DNA of 60,237 bases. It comes from a virus (Duplodnaviria > Caudoviricetes). Below are positions 26,979-36,347 of the stretch, piece by piece. The stretch spans positions 1 through 60,237 of the IMG/VR virus record IMGVR_UViG_3300025571_000003. One strand, given 5' to 3'. The notes below the pieces were generated by a model, which was not told the origin of the DNA, did no database searches, and saw only the letters and a program-made list of their open reading frames with translations. The position numbers and the translations under genes were made by a program. How positions within the stretch are numbered: position 1 is the first letter of the stretch; every line of letters begins with the position of its first letter.

Positions 26979-27062
26979 GGTCTATGGGGACGAGACCCCA
27001 GACCCCAAGGCTTGGGGCGGCCATTCGTTTCCACCCCCTCCGCCATGGCCGCCCCGCTTTTT
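26979..27062 (+). ncRNA. candidate small RNA, two hairpins, C-rich anti-SD loop, U-tail
   Basis: Promoter, hairpin GGTC..TGGGG/CCCCAGACC, 11-bp stem GGGGCGGCCAT/ATGGCCGCCCC with loop TCGTTTCCACCCCCTCCGCC, then TTTTT. Confidence 0.6.
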
Positions 27063-27943
27063 CACCTGTATTTCTCGATCAGCAGTTCCAGGTCGCGCAG
27101 AAGCGCCTCGTTCCCTCGGTTCTTGGCGATAACCTTGTCGAGTGACCCGTAGTGGTGCTCCAGGCACCGCAAGAGCAAGTCCTTCACGATCTGCTCGTCA
27201 GGCCTTTCCCGAAGAGTCGAGCGCACATAAATATCCTCAAGTTGACGCTCCTTCTCGCTCGCCCAGGCTTGAAGATGTTCTAGTGTCCATTCTCCGCGCC
27301 GGATCGCCTTCAGAACCTCCCGGTCACGCTCCAGATCGAGATCATGGGTCGTCATAATCTGCTCAGCTTCGAGCAGAAGGCGAACGCAGTGGTAAGCAAA
27401 TTTCGTGTCGTATCCATGCTTTTCTATATCAGCGGCCCTCGAATTTGAGGGGTTTCGCTTGTTGACGATTTTCGACATCTGCGCGTGTGCGTAAGCGCGC
27501 ATCTTGTAATGGCAAGCTTTAGACAAAAAGAGCTTTCGGTTTTCCCGCACAATCTCAGCGACAGGTGTCGAATGCACAACGCAGCGTCGAGGTGTGAAAA
27601 GCGAGTCTATCAGGTTCGGGTTGTTTTCCAGACACAGGTGGAAAAACTTCACTATACTGTATACAACGAAGTCATATAGCTGATTTGAATCGGGCGATTG
27701 GACTCTGTGCTCCTGCCACTGCTCAAAACGCGGAATTTGTCGCCCAAATCCCGGAATCTCTCCTCGCAGATGGGGGAAGACCATATCGAGAGGAGGCATG
27801 GCGAAACCATACAGGTCCATATCCGAACTGTCTGAGGACACGCCATATGCCATCGACCCCATGATCGTCAGGTAGACGGTATTATTGGGAAGCCATGCAG
27901 GGGGATGAATTGCCCGCGCTTTCTGCAACTTTTGAAGTAACAT
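27062..27943 (-). CDS. Pol-beta-like nucleotidyltransferase (RlaP/YcgL-type)
   Basis: GS.AYG....SD.D.YG, NNPN.ID.LF, YDTK.AYH.VRLL, L.AIRRG motifs. Confidence 0.85.
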   Translation of the reverse strand: MLLQKLQKARAIHPPAWLPNNTVYLTIMGSMAYGVSSDSSDMDLYGFAMPPLDMVFPHLRGEIPGFGRQIPRFEQWQEHRVQSPDSNQLYDFVVYSIVKFFHLCLENNPNLIDSLFTPRRCVVHSTPVAEIVRENRKLFLSKACHYKMRAYAHAQMSKIVNKRNPSNSRAADIEKHGYDTKFAYHCVRLLLEAEQIMTTHDLDLERDREVLKAIRRGEWTLEHLQAWASEKERQLEDIYVRSTLRERPDEQIVKDLLLRCLEHHYGSLDKVIAKNRGNEALLRDLELLIEKYR

Positions 27944-28061
27944 ATGAATTTTCACTCCAATATATGCTATCGTACCAGCGCTCGAAATAATTGCAATAAT
28001 TTCATCTGCGATGTGCGTACCTAAGGCAGTTTCAACAAAGCTCGTAAGAACGCTGAAGACA

Positions 28062-28607
28062 ATGGACCCCGAGACGCCGGTTACCGTATTCACGGTGCAA
28101 AGCCCCGCCGCGCTGAGGTGTGCCGAGAGCCTCGGTTACTGGCACGGAAGCCGTGACTTTATCGAGGATGAGGACTTCCGGGATGCATACCTCTGGATGC
28201 GGGACCAGATGGCAGAACGAATTTCATTTTTCAGCGGCGACTACCCGATCTGGGCAACGCTGCATCGGCCAAATTTCCGCAAACTGCGGAAGTGGGCCGA
28301 ACCCCAGGTTCTCGTGAAGGCGAGGGTTCCTCGTGGGCGCATCCTGCTGTCGGACTATGACGACTGGCACAGTGTGCTCAACCGGTTCATCGCGACCCAC
28401 GACGAGAAAGAGGCGGATCAGTGGTGGGAGCTCCCCGAGACGGAGAAGCTTGCCAACCTCCACTGGGAGCGCATCCTTGACCTCGACTGGGTTATTGAAA
28501 ACGGAAGGAAGCCGCGCCTACAGGCTTGTGTGGACCGCATCTATGCACATGAGGTCGAGCGCATCACCTTCGTCAACGGCCGCCGCAGGTACTGTCACGC
28601 AGCCTGA
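28062..28607 (+). CDS. DUF3841-like protein
   Basis: TVQ, F..AY.WM..QM..R, YPIWA, LLSDY..WH.VLN, W.RI.D, LQA motifs. Confidence 0.7.
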   Translation: MDPETPVTVFTVQSPAALRCAESLGYWHGSRDFIEDEDFRDAYLWMRDQMAERISFFSGDYPIWATLHRPNFRKLRKWAEPQVLVKARVPRGRILLSDYDDWHSVLNRFIATHDEKEADQWWELPETEKLANLHWERILDLDWVIENGRKPRLQACVDRIYAHEVERITFVNGRRRYCHAA

Positions 28608-29041
28608 TCGAGGAGGAAGGCTCCACCGACGGCGGCCTGCTCGACAACCATGAATGCCTCCCAGTAGTGGTCGGTCGAGACGACCTGATCCGGGTTTTCT
28701 GTGTCGAGGACTTCAAACCGGCCGTTTGGTGTCAGGCTCGGGCCACGAATGATGAAGCGACCCGAACGGCTCTCCCAACAGTCCGTTTGACGCTGGATCA
28801 TGTCCGTGTCTGGGCTATCGAAAATATTGGCAGGACGCTCAATATCTCCGATCCACGCTATGGCGTCCTTGGGGGAAACCTCACACTTGGCGATGATCTC
28901 CAGGTGTCGCCATTTCCTTCTGTAGTAGGATCTAATTATTCTCGACCGAGTGTTGGACGAACCGTCGCTCGACAAATGAAAAAGAAGATCAACGAAGCAT
29001 TTCTTGATATCGGTATCGATCACGAAACCCCCAGAAATCAA
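28595..29041 (-). CDS. hypothetical protein
   Basis: ORF with a TTGACG promoter-like element upstream. Start uncertain. Confidence 0.45.
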   Translation of the reverse strand: MISGGFVIDTDIKKCFVDLLFHLSSDGSSNTRSRIIRSYYRRKWRHLEIIAKCEVSPKDAIAWIGDIERPANIFDSPDTDMIQRQTDCWESRSGRFIIRGPSLTPNGRFEVLDTENPDQVVSTDHYWEAFMVVEQAAVGGAFLLDQAA

Positions 29042-29109
29042 CGGTGTAGCAAAAGGCTACTACGGTTTCTGAATTCGTCAAACTTAAAGTGAAGGGTTTC
29101 GCAAGGATA

Positions 29110-30072
29110 AAAAAAGAGCGCCGAGCAGTTCTGTCGGAGGAGCGTCAAAGTTCAGAGAACTGATACCAGCCTGAGATTACAGCTGGTGCAGCCGGGCTTC
29201 CGGAGGTATCCCGCCACTTGCGGTGGGGGTTTTCCGGGCATCCACGAGACGGGCGTGACCCTCGCCTCGTACCCAACCAGTGTCGCCGTTCTGCTCCTCT
29301 TGCGAGAAGCACGAGTGGCAGGTCTCGTGTCACCGTATGCTACTCGACGGTTCCGACGCCACCGACCTTGCGGGCCGTTCGCAGGAGCTACCCCGCTATG
29401 ACACCTTCTCCATCAACATCGGATCGGCTTGCGGCCTCCCCAATGTCCCGGTTCTCTAGCGAGCCGGGAATTAGACACCTTTCACACACGGCCGGGGCAG
29501 ACTTTGCGTTTTTCAAGTGATATTATAGTGCAACAGCCACATAACGAACAAACCTACCGAGACGCGCTGCCCCCGTTGCTCCATCCTCCTTTCGGAGGAC
29601 GAAATACAACACGCCTCATGTCTTTCTCCTTGCGGGATACTCGACGGATATTTCGGACGCTTCCCCCATCAGGGACCGCGCCCTCATATCTGTCACGCTG
29701 CACTTGGCTGCGGGCCTCGCACTACGTGACCACCCGTTGACCATACGTCTATTGTGGGTTCGCATGCTGGTGCCCGGTTGCGAGACGGGCTTCGCGGTGC
29801 CCCCGCTTATCTGCTGCCAACAGACCAACACCCACCGTTCGACCTATCTCCCTCATCGGAAGACCCCTGGTGGCTCAGGGGAGGTCCGAGCCTCCGTGGA
29901 TGCACCATCCGAGGATGGCGGGGCTATGTAGGCTTCACCCCTTTGACGCGAGTTGCCTCGCGCTGCGCTGACGACGCCACGGCGCCAAACACGCTCGATC
30001 CAATCGGATGCATATGCATTCAACGGGACCGAAACTCGACGATCATCAGAGGGCGGCGCCCTCATCGATCAT
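29110..30072 (-). ncRNA. giant ornate noncoding RNA, GOLLD-like (about 960 nt)
   Basis: No credible ORF. Many GCAA/GAAA tetraloop hairpins on -. Own promoter. Terminal ACCAGC-TGTAATCTCAG-GCTGGT hairpin. 9-bp 5'-3' complementarity. U7 tract at the end. Confidence 0.8.
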
Positions 30073-30078
30073 GTAGAC

Positions 30079-30107
30079 ACAGTATCCAAACTCGCTTCCG
30101 ATGTCAA
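30079..30107 (-). promoter_or_regulatory. sigma70 promoter of the giant RNA
   Basis: TTGACA-17 nt-TACTGT on the minus strand. Confidence 0.75.
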
Positions 30108-30162
30108 CAAAAAATCGTACACGAAATACGAAATATGTGGCGGCGAGGGGAAACGACGGAAC

Positions 30163-31752
30163 TTAAAGGGAAAACCAGCGACCTTGAGAAGTGCCGACAA
30201 CCGTCAAGGTACTTCCGCGAGACAGCAGGATTGGGACATCAGTCGATGAGAAATCAATTCGCTCGCCAGAAGCCGGAAAAACGTTGATATCAGTCTGGGC
30301 GTCGTTGATGACGACCATGAATGCGCCGGGGATGGATCGCGGAAGACGAACGGCGCAGTCGCTTGCACTGGCGACGGAGACGATGTTTACCGACGCGGAC
30401 AGCGGCTGGGCAAAGTCCTGGTTGTTTCCCGTGGCCTCAACGTTCTCGGCGATGGTGTGCTGGATGATGCCAGTCAGGACACCACCAGAGGCGGGCAGGG
30501 CGCCAATGTCCTTCGGCTTCACCATCATGGTGGTCGCCATGGTCACATCGTCCGACCCGTCGAAGGTCGCTTCCCCCTCAACCGCTCCCCTCAGACGAAT
30601 ACGCTTCGGTGCTTCGAGCCTGCGTGCATACGGGGCAACGGCATCGGAAGAGAACGATGTCTGGAGCGTTACATTGCTGCTGCCGTCGATGATCGCAGAA
30701 CCCAGGATGTCTCCCTGAAGCTGGAATGCGCGCGGTGTCCTCCAGCGTTGGCTAGTCTCTGCGGTCCCCTCCAGGTCGCCGACAAATGGTCCACGGACAG
30801 TCCCGTCCTGATCCCGCAGGACCACATCAGGGGTCAAGGAAAGCATGATCGTGCCTCCGTTCGGGCCGGATGAGCTGACTGACAGCCCGCCGCCAGCGGT
30901 CGTGATGTCTCCCACGTAGGAGCCGATGGTGTCCTCGCCGAGACGGATGGCGCCCATGGATGTCTCGATCTTCACGTCATCGGCGCCGTCAAACGTTCCC
31001 TTTCCGGTCACCGCCCCCGTCAGGGTAATCGCCACCGGGTGCTCAAGGCGGGATGCCGAGGATGCTACGCCGTCGAGCTGACCCGCTATCCGTTCAGCGC
31101 GAAGTTCGACTAGTTCGGCTGTTTCGGCCGCAACTCGCGAAAGGCGTGCCTCCGAAGCCTCGAACGACCTGGCGGTCAGGTTCTCGATGTCAGCAACCGA
31201 ACCGCCCTTGAATGACCACCGCTCTGTGGAGGCATCCCATACGAGACTGGCGATGGACCCGGTTCCGCGAACGATTTTCATTCCTGCATCGGAGACGCAG
31301 GGGGTATCAGTCCCGGAATGCAGCTGGATGAAAGCTTCTCCGAGGTCGATCTGCGCCCGCTGGACCGTCCGGAGTGTACCACGGACATTGAGATCACCGT
31401 CGATGGTCAGGCTTCCATTCACGCTTACCCGGTCATCGGAGAGGGTCACGACCGTGCTGGACGCCCTGTCCTGAACACCGACCGGCCTGTCGGCAATCTC
31501 CTGCCAGCGATAGACGGGTTTCTGAGAGGCCCGGAGACGGCCGTTTTCGTCGAGGGAAGCAACGCCGTTAGCTGTCCCTATGAGCGTTTGTGGAATCGCG
31601 CCGACCTGAGCAGCCGTCACACGGTGCGGATTGTTTTCATCCTCGGCGTGCCCGAAAAGTTCGGCGAAGTTGTCGTTAATCTTCCTGCTTGCGTCGCGAA
31701 GGGTGTCACCAGAGTTGGTGGCATCACCTATCTTGAGAAACTTTCTGGCCAT
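30163..31752 (-). CDS. tail fibre / virion fibre protein
   Basis: N-terminal IG...N.GD.LR.A..KIN.NF.EL anchor, NPH.VT..QVG, three L.G.V.G...FDG..DV repeats. TAAATA at 31778-31783. Confidence 0.75.
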   Translation of the reverse strand: MARKFLKIGDATNSGDTLRDASRKINDNFAELFGHAEDENNPHRVTAAQVGAIPQTLIGTANGVASLDENGRLRASQKPVYRWQEIADRPVGVQDRASSTVVTLSDDRVSVNGSLTIDGDLNVRGTLRTVQRAQIDLGEAFIQLHSGTDTPCVSDAGMKIVRGTGSIASLVWDASTERWSFKGGSVADIENLTARSFEASEARLSRVAAETAELVELRAERIAGQLDGVASSASRLEHPVAITLTGAVTGKGTFDGADDVKIETSMGAIRLGEDTIGSYVGDITTAGGGLSVSSSGPNGGTIMLSLTPDVVLRDQDGTVRGPFVGDLEGTAETSQRWRTPRAFQLQGDILGSAIIDGSSNVTLQTSFSSDAVAPYARRLEAPKRIRLRGAVEGEATFDGSDDVTMATTMMVKPKDIGALPASGGVLTGIIQHTIAENVEATGNNQDFAQPLSASVNIVSVASASDCAVRLPRSIPGAFMVVINDAQTDINVFPASGERIDFSSTDVPILLSRGSTLTVVGTSQGRWFSL

Positions 31753-31833
31753 GTCCGTTGATCATAAAGACCGGACATATTTATCAGCCAGATATGATTT
31801 GGCCTGCGGCAGGTGCCGCAGGCCTCTTGGACA

Positions 31834-32016
31834 TTAAATGATGAAGTCCTCTCGGGCGGCGTTGTCCGCCTCCTCACGTGACCGGAAGGGACCCTGAGGT
31901 TCTCCGAGCACGACCTTTCCGGCATAGAGCTGGTAGTACCAACCAGCGTCCTCCTCCTGCTCCTGGGAAGAGGCAACGATCTCGAACGTCTCGACGCGCG
32001 GAAGGATAGCCATCAT
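31834..32016 (-). CDS. hypothetical protein
   Basis: GGAG RBS. GWYY...GPF.S.EEA..AA motif. Confidence 0.65.
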   Translation of the reverse strand: MMAILPRVETFEIVASSQEQEEDAGWYYQLYAGKVVLGEPQGPFRSREEADNAAREDFII

Positions 32017-32083
32017 GTAAGGACTCCGTTTGAAATATTTTGAGAGAATACGGGAGGGCAGAAAATGTCACCTCCCGGAAGAA

Positions 32084-33733
32084 TCAGTACCCATACATAT
32101 TCAGATGGGTCTGGAAAATCAAGTTCTCAGTGAAGTTAAGGCCATTGCAAAGCGCTCTATTCACTGCCCCAATCTGAAGAGTGGTCGTGAAGCGCCACGG
32201 GATTACCTCGCCATTACGCTCATAGGGCTTCATCATGAGCGTATCGGGGAACAGATGGGAGATGTCGAACGGCTCGTCGAACGTCGTCTCGTGCTTGTCG
32301 AACCAGGCGCGGGGCACGACCGCCACGAGGCACTTTCCGTCCCTGAACGGGGTCGAGCACATGTAGAACTCTTCCCCCTTCCACGTCTTGCGGTTCTCTT
32401 CCTTCTGCTCGTCGGTGAGGGCATCCCACTGCGCGCGGTCATTCCATGGACGGATGAGGCGATCCATCCCGACCGGGTTCTTGGTCAGAAGACCCTGCAT
32501 CAACTCGACGAGGTTGTCCTCGCTGCTCTGCGCGCCGCTGGCATCCACCTTGGATCGCTCGCAGACCATCCCGGCCTCCTCAAGCACCTTCGTGATACGG
32601 TCAGCGAAGCGCTCAAGGACGCAGGCCATCCAGCAGCCCCTCACGCTGTCGCGTGCCTTGGCGACGTACTTGTCGAAGTCGATGCCATCCTTTTCGAGGA
32701 GGGGGCGCACCTCGTCGAGCTTCCAATCCCGGACGAGGACCTTGTAGTACAGCTCGACGAGGCTATCCCTCGCGATGGCGATGTTGTCGCCGTTCTCGTC
32801 AAGAACGACGGCGTCGTCGGGCTCCGCGATGCGCTTGTACTTCATCTCCAGCTCCTGCTGGAGCGCATCGTCGTGCTTGAAGCCGACTTCGGCCAAGAAG
32901 CCGCGAATGAAGGCCTCTGAGGGGCAGTTCTCGAAGGCATAGAGGCCGGTGCCGTCAATTGACGCTTCGAGATCGACGAAGTAGTCGTCGATAAGGCCAA
33001 GATTGACCTCGTCAACGTTTCCATCGTCGATCGTCTTCACCTGAACATAGACGAGCGGATGTCCTGCCGTGTTCACCGTCGTCACCGTGGCGAACTTGTA
33101 GGGCGAGCCGTCGAACTTGGTTGGGTCGAAGTCGTCCCTGCCATCGAAGGCGTGGCGATCGCGCTTGAAGACGTGAGCGTCAACCAGCACCTTGCCGTCC
33201 GGAGTGATCTTCACGTTGACCCTCGAAATACCGAGGATCGAGTCGCTATTCTGCTCGGCGGCTTGCTCCTCGGAAAGCCTGCCCTCGCGCTTGGCCTGCT
33301 CGTACTCTTCCTTGGCGCGCGCCTCCTCGTACTCTGCTTCGGCCCGCTGTTCCTCTGTCATCTGCGACTTGGGGTCATACAGGCCGTGAATTTCGCCGAT
33401 AGGGCGCTCGTCAGCCAGGGACTGGCGGACGCGATGCGCCTCCATCATTTCGTCGGCACGCTTGACGATCATCCCATCGGAAAGAAGCTTGACGTTGAAC
33501 TTCTCGATAAAAGACTGGCGCTGCGCAGCGTCAGTATGCGTTACGATGAGAGGCGTACGCTTCAGCTTGGAAAAGACAGGGTCAAAGAGAACTTCCTCAA
33601 AAGATGCGAATTCGGCCGATACGCACAGCGGAAGGTCGGTCGAAACATCCTGAATGAAGGAAGACAATTCATCGAGATCGGAGGCGGCGGCAATCACCGT
33701 CTTGGCTTCGTCCCTCAAAAACCCATAGATCAT
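32084..33733 (-). CDS. hypothetical protein (549 aa)
   Basis: GGAGG RBS, strong phage codon bias. Confidence 0.8.
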   Translation of the reverse strand: MIYGFLRDEAKTVIAAASDLDELSSFIQDVSTDLPLCVSAEFASFEEVLFDPVFSKLKRTPLIVTHTDAAQRQSFIEKFNVKLLSDGMIVKRADEMMEAHRVRQSLADERPIGEIHGLYDPKSQMTEEQRAEAEYEEARAKEEYEQAKREGRLSEEQAAEQNSDSILGISRVNVKITPDGKVLVDAHVFKRDRHAFDGRDDFDPTKFDGSPYKFATVTTVNTAGHPLVYVQVKTIDDGNVDEVNLGLIDDYFVDLEASIDGTGLYAFENCPSEAFIRGFLAEVGFKHDDALQQELEMKYKRIAEPDDAVVLDENGDNIAIARDSLVELYYKVLVRDWKLDEVRPLLEKDGIDFDKYVAKARDSVRGCWMACVLERFADRITKVLEEAGMVCERSKVDASGAQSSEDNLVELMQGLLTKNPVGMDRLIRPWNDRAQWDALTDEQKEENRKTWKGEEFYMCSTPFRDGKCLVAVVPRAWFDKHETTFDEPFDISHLFPDTLMMKPYERNGEVIPWRFTTTLQIGAVNRALCNGLNFTENLIFQTHLNMYGY

Positions 33734-33766
33734 AAAATGCCTCCAAGAGGATGACTTGTAGGCCGA

Positions 33767-34231
33767 CTATGTAATCTGGCTTTCGACGAAACGCAAGGAA
33801 ATTTCGTTGTCAGAATTTATCAGGTTGAGGACATTAAGAAAATATCCACCAGGTATCAGAGGTCCGCCAATGGTCGGTGGTGTAGTGGGCTCCGTGAACG
33901 CATCATACACAGTAACGGCGCCAGCGGGATGACGATCAGGGTGCCAAAACGAAAGAGTAGGAGGAGAATAGAATACGGTCATTCCGATCGGCTCGCGAGA
34001 AATCCACGCACGCAGTGAATGATCCTGCTGTCGCCCTACAGGTATCGCATGCATGTCGCAGATCGTCACAGCCTTTCCGGGGCAAAGATGAAATGGAAAG
34101 CATACAGCATGCCCTGGCAATAGACGGACGTTGCACACGTTTAACGGCGTGCCTGCGACGGTGTACGGGTAGATCGGCTGTCCGGGGTTGCGAATATACG
34201 GTACGGGGTCGGTAATACGGCAATTGCTCAT
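33767..34231 (-). CDS. hypothetical protein, likely virion-associated
   Basis: GAGGAG RBS, in a late-promoter unit. Confidence 0.6.
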   Translation of the reverse strand: MSNCRITDPVPYIRNPGQPIYPYTVAGTPLNVCNVRLLPGHAVCFPFHLCPGKAVTICDMHAIPVGRQQDHSLRAWISREPIGMTVFYSPPTLSFWHPDRHPAGAVTVYDAFTEPTTPPTIGGPLIPGGYFLNVLNLINSDNEISLRFVESQIT

Positions 34232-34259
34232 GTGAAAAAGCTCCTCGAAATGGGCTCAT

Positions 34260-35036
34260 TCAGAGCGTGACGTCTGGATCGTGCAGGGAAATGTCCTGGT
34301 CCACCGTGACCAAAGGCATAATTGTCGAACAAATTCGAGCCGATCCGACTACGCGGACGATGCCTCGCATAGAGACCTTCGTCATCTCATTCTCAGACAC
34401 GGGGTCGGACGGAACGGTCTCGACAAGGGAGTAGGAGATCAGCGTCGGAACGCGAACGGGATCAAGCTCCTCGTCGTAAAGGGCGTAGCCAAGAACCGAG
34501 GAAACGGAAAGCTGACCGGGTGAGAGAGCCGACGCTGCGGTGATTGAGGCCACGTCGGTGGCGCTGATGTCCAGGAGGCTACGGCCGATGTACGAGCGGA
34601 CTGTGATTGGATCGGCTCGCTCGTCGAGGAGAGAGAAGGCGACGATGCCCGCAGCCGTCTGTATCTCATTGGGTTGGTCTAGGGCTGTGTGGGCGGTTAT
34701 GGCCGGTATGCGCAGCGTCGTGAACTCGTCGAGAAGCGTGTAGCCCGACATGCCGACGACAGTGGCAGATGACGGTTCCGCGACGGTTAGGGCTAGGAGA
34801 CGGGTGAGCGCCGATGACAGGCGCAGGTCGTCAAGGATCGTCAGCACATAGGCTGAATCGACAGCCATGGCCGCGTCAGGGACATCGACCAGGGACGTTG
34901 GCTGGAGGGCGGCAACCCGGACATGACCGTCGTCCGGCGATAGGACAGACGAACCCACGAGCGCGGAAACGGTGGTCTCGGGAATGGGAAGATCGGAATC
35001 CTGCTGGTCGCCGCTCATGTCATCATTGTCTTGCAC
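34260..35036 (-). CDS. hypothetical protein with short internal repeats, likely virion-associated
   Basis: Repeats such as GY.LLDE/.SLLDE/.SLLD. TAAATA at 35044-35049. Confidence 0.6.
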   Translation of the reverse strand: MQDNDDMSGDQQDSDLPIPETTVSALVGSSVLSPDDGHVRVAALQPTSLVDVPDAAMAVDSAYVLTILDDLRLSSALTRLLALTVAEPSSATVVGMSGYTLLDEFTTLRIPAITAHTALDQPNEIQTAAGIVAFSLLDERADPITVRSYIGRSLLDISATDVASITAASALSPGQLSVSSVLGYALYDEELDPVRVPTLISYSLVETVPSDPVSENEMTKVSMRGIVRVVGSARICSTIMPLVTVDQDISLHDPDVTL

Positions 35037-35054
35037 GATAAAGTATTTAACGCT

Positions 35055-35573
35055 TCATGCGTCGAACACGTGGATCGTGTCGAGGTTATCGCTCGGACGG
35101 ACATGAATGATAGACTGAAATTCGTCGAGACTGGGCTCTTCGAAATTAGCCTTCATGCGCTCAATAACCGCAGATGAAATGTACTTTCCGGTGCGATCAC
35201 CGCGATCTTTAATGCGCTTGTACAGAAGAGCGTCGTCGCAATGGAACATGACTCCGACGATTTTGTAGTCGCGGGGAACCTGCGAAAGGAATGACGCGCG
35301 CGTCTTCTTCGACATGTTGGTGCGGTCGATGATGATCGACTTTCTTTCGGCGATGGCCTTACGGAAGTCGGCCCGCGCCTGCTTGGCGAAATCGTGCAGA
35401 GGAGCGATCTTGAAGGCCTCGTTGTACGTAATATTGTTCTGCCAGGCGAAGTTGTCGATCATGTCGTCCTGCGAAATGACGACGAATTCCTCATCGGAGC
35501 TGGCGATCGTGTTCTCGCGCCACGTCGTCTTGCCGGAGCCGGGAAGTCCAATGAGCATGTAAACGGTAGGCAT
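35055..35573 (-). CDS. P-loop kinase, polynucleotide kinase-like (AAA_33)
   Basis: GLPGSGKTTW, IS.D, IID.TN....R, R..R, P...E.F motifs. Confidence 0.85.
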   Translation of the reverse strand: MPTVYMLIGLPGSGKTTWRENTIASSDEEFVVISQDDMIDNFAWQNNITYNEAFKIAPLHDFAKQARADFRKAIAERKSIIIDRTNMSKKTRASFLSQVPRDYKIVGVMFHCDDALLYKRIKDRGDRTGKYISSAVIERMKANFEEPSLDEFQSIIHVRPSDNLDTIHVFDA

Positions 35574-35779
35574 GAAATGTCTCCAAATATGCCAATATGA
35601 ATACGCCGAAACGACTTCTGAGGATGGCCTTCCGAAAGGCAAAGCGAAATCGGATTATTCGGGAATGACTGCCGTCGTCAAACGGATTAAGTATACAACG
35701 GCTATATATGGTTTGCGAAGCAAATTTTGTTTGACGAAATCAGATCCCGATCTACAACGGTCGAGGAAGGGAGGCTCGA

Positions 35780-36280
35780 ATGCGCAAGCTTCTGATTCTC
35801 GGATTTTTGCTCGCCCCCTCGGTTGCCCTTGCGGCTATGGCCGAAGAGCCCGTGTGGGATTTCGTCCCGAGCTCTGGCGCTCTCATTTACGGTATTCCAT
35901 TCACGGATGCCGTTGGGGTTACCATCACGTGCGCCTCGGAGCCCAAGACTTATGAGATTGCGACGCCGATGGCCGCAGAGGGCGGCACAATGAAGGACGG
36001 GGTGTGGACCATCACGCTTCAGGTCGAGACTGACGAGGGCATGAAGTCATTCACGCTCACCGGGAAGCGGGAGTACGTGGAAGATGAGATGAACGACCCA
36101 CATCACACTGCAATCCTGAAGGTGTCGAAGGATTCGGACTTCATTCACGCCATCGATATTGGGAAACGACTGATCAATCCGGCTACCAAGGAATCCATCC
36201 CGCTCACGAATATCTTCCACGAACGCGGGCATCTGGAAGGGTACTGTTCGGAAATTTCAGGGTGGGACGGCAGCGAATAA
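35780..36280 (+). CDS. exported/periplasmic protein
   Basis: GGAGG RBS, signal peptide MRKLLILGFLLAPSVALA, own promoter (TTGACG..TACAAC) and terminator. Confidence 0.75.
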   Translation: MRKLLILGFLLAPSVALAAMAEEPVWDFVPSSGALIYGIPFTDAVGVTITCASEPKTYEIATPMAAEGGTMKDGVWTITLQVETDEGMKSFTLTGKREYVEDEMNDPHHTAILKVSKDSDFIHAIDIGKRLINPATKESIPLTNIFHERGHLEGYCSEISGWDGSE

Positions 36281-36307
36281 GCGAGGAAACCATCCGGAAG
36301 AAAATGG

Positions 36308-36334
36308 AAAGCGGGGCCGAAGCCCCGCTTTTTT
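36308..36334. terminator. bidirectional terminator
   Basis: AAAGCGGGGC-CGAA-GCCCCGCTTTTTT. Confidence 0.8.
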
Positions 36335-36347
36335 CGATACGATGCCA

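Noticed and set aside
27944-28093. Hydrophobic N-terminal extension of the nucleotidyltransferase ORF
   Set aside because: It spans the AT-rich divergent promoter region. An RBS precedes ATG 27943.
29145-30287. Several 60-177 aa ORFs in the ORF track
   Set aside because: No RBS, atypical Arg/Pro-rich composition and mutually overlapping frames. The hairpin pattern and promoter fit an ncRNA better.
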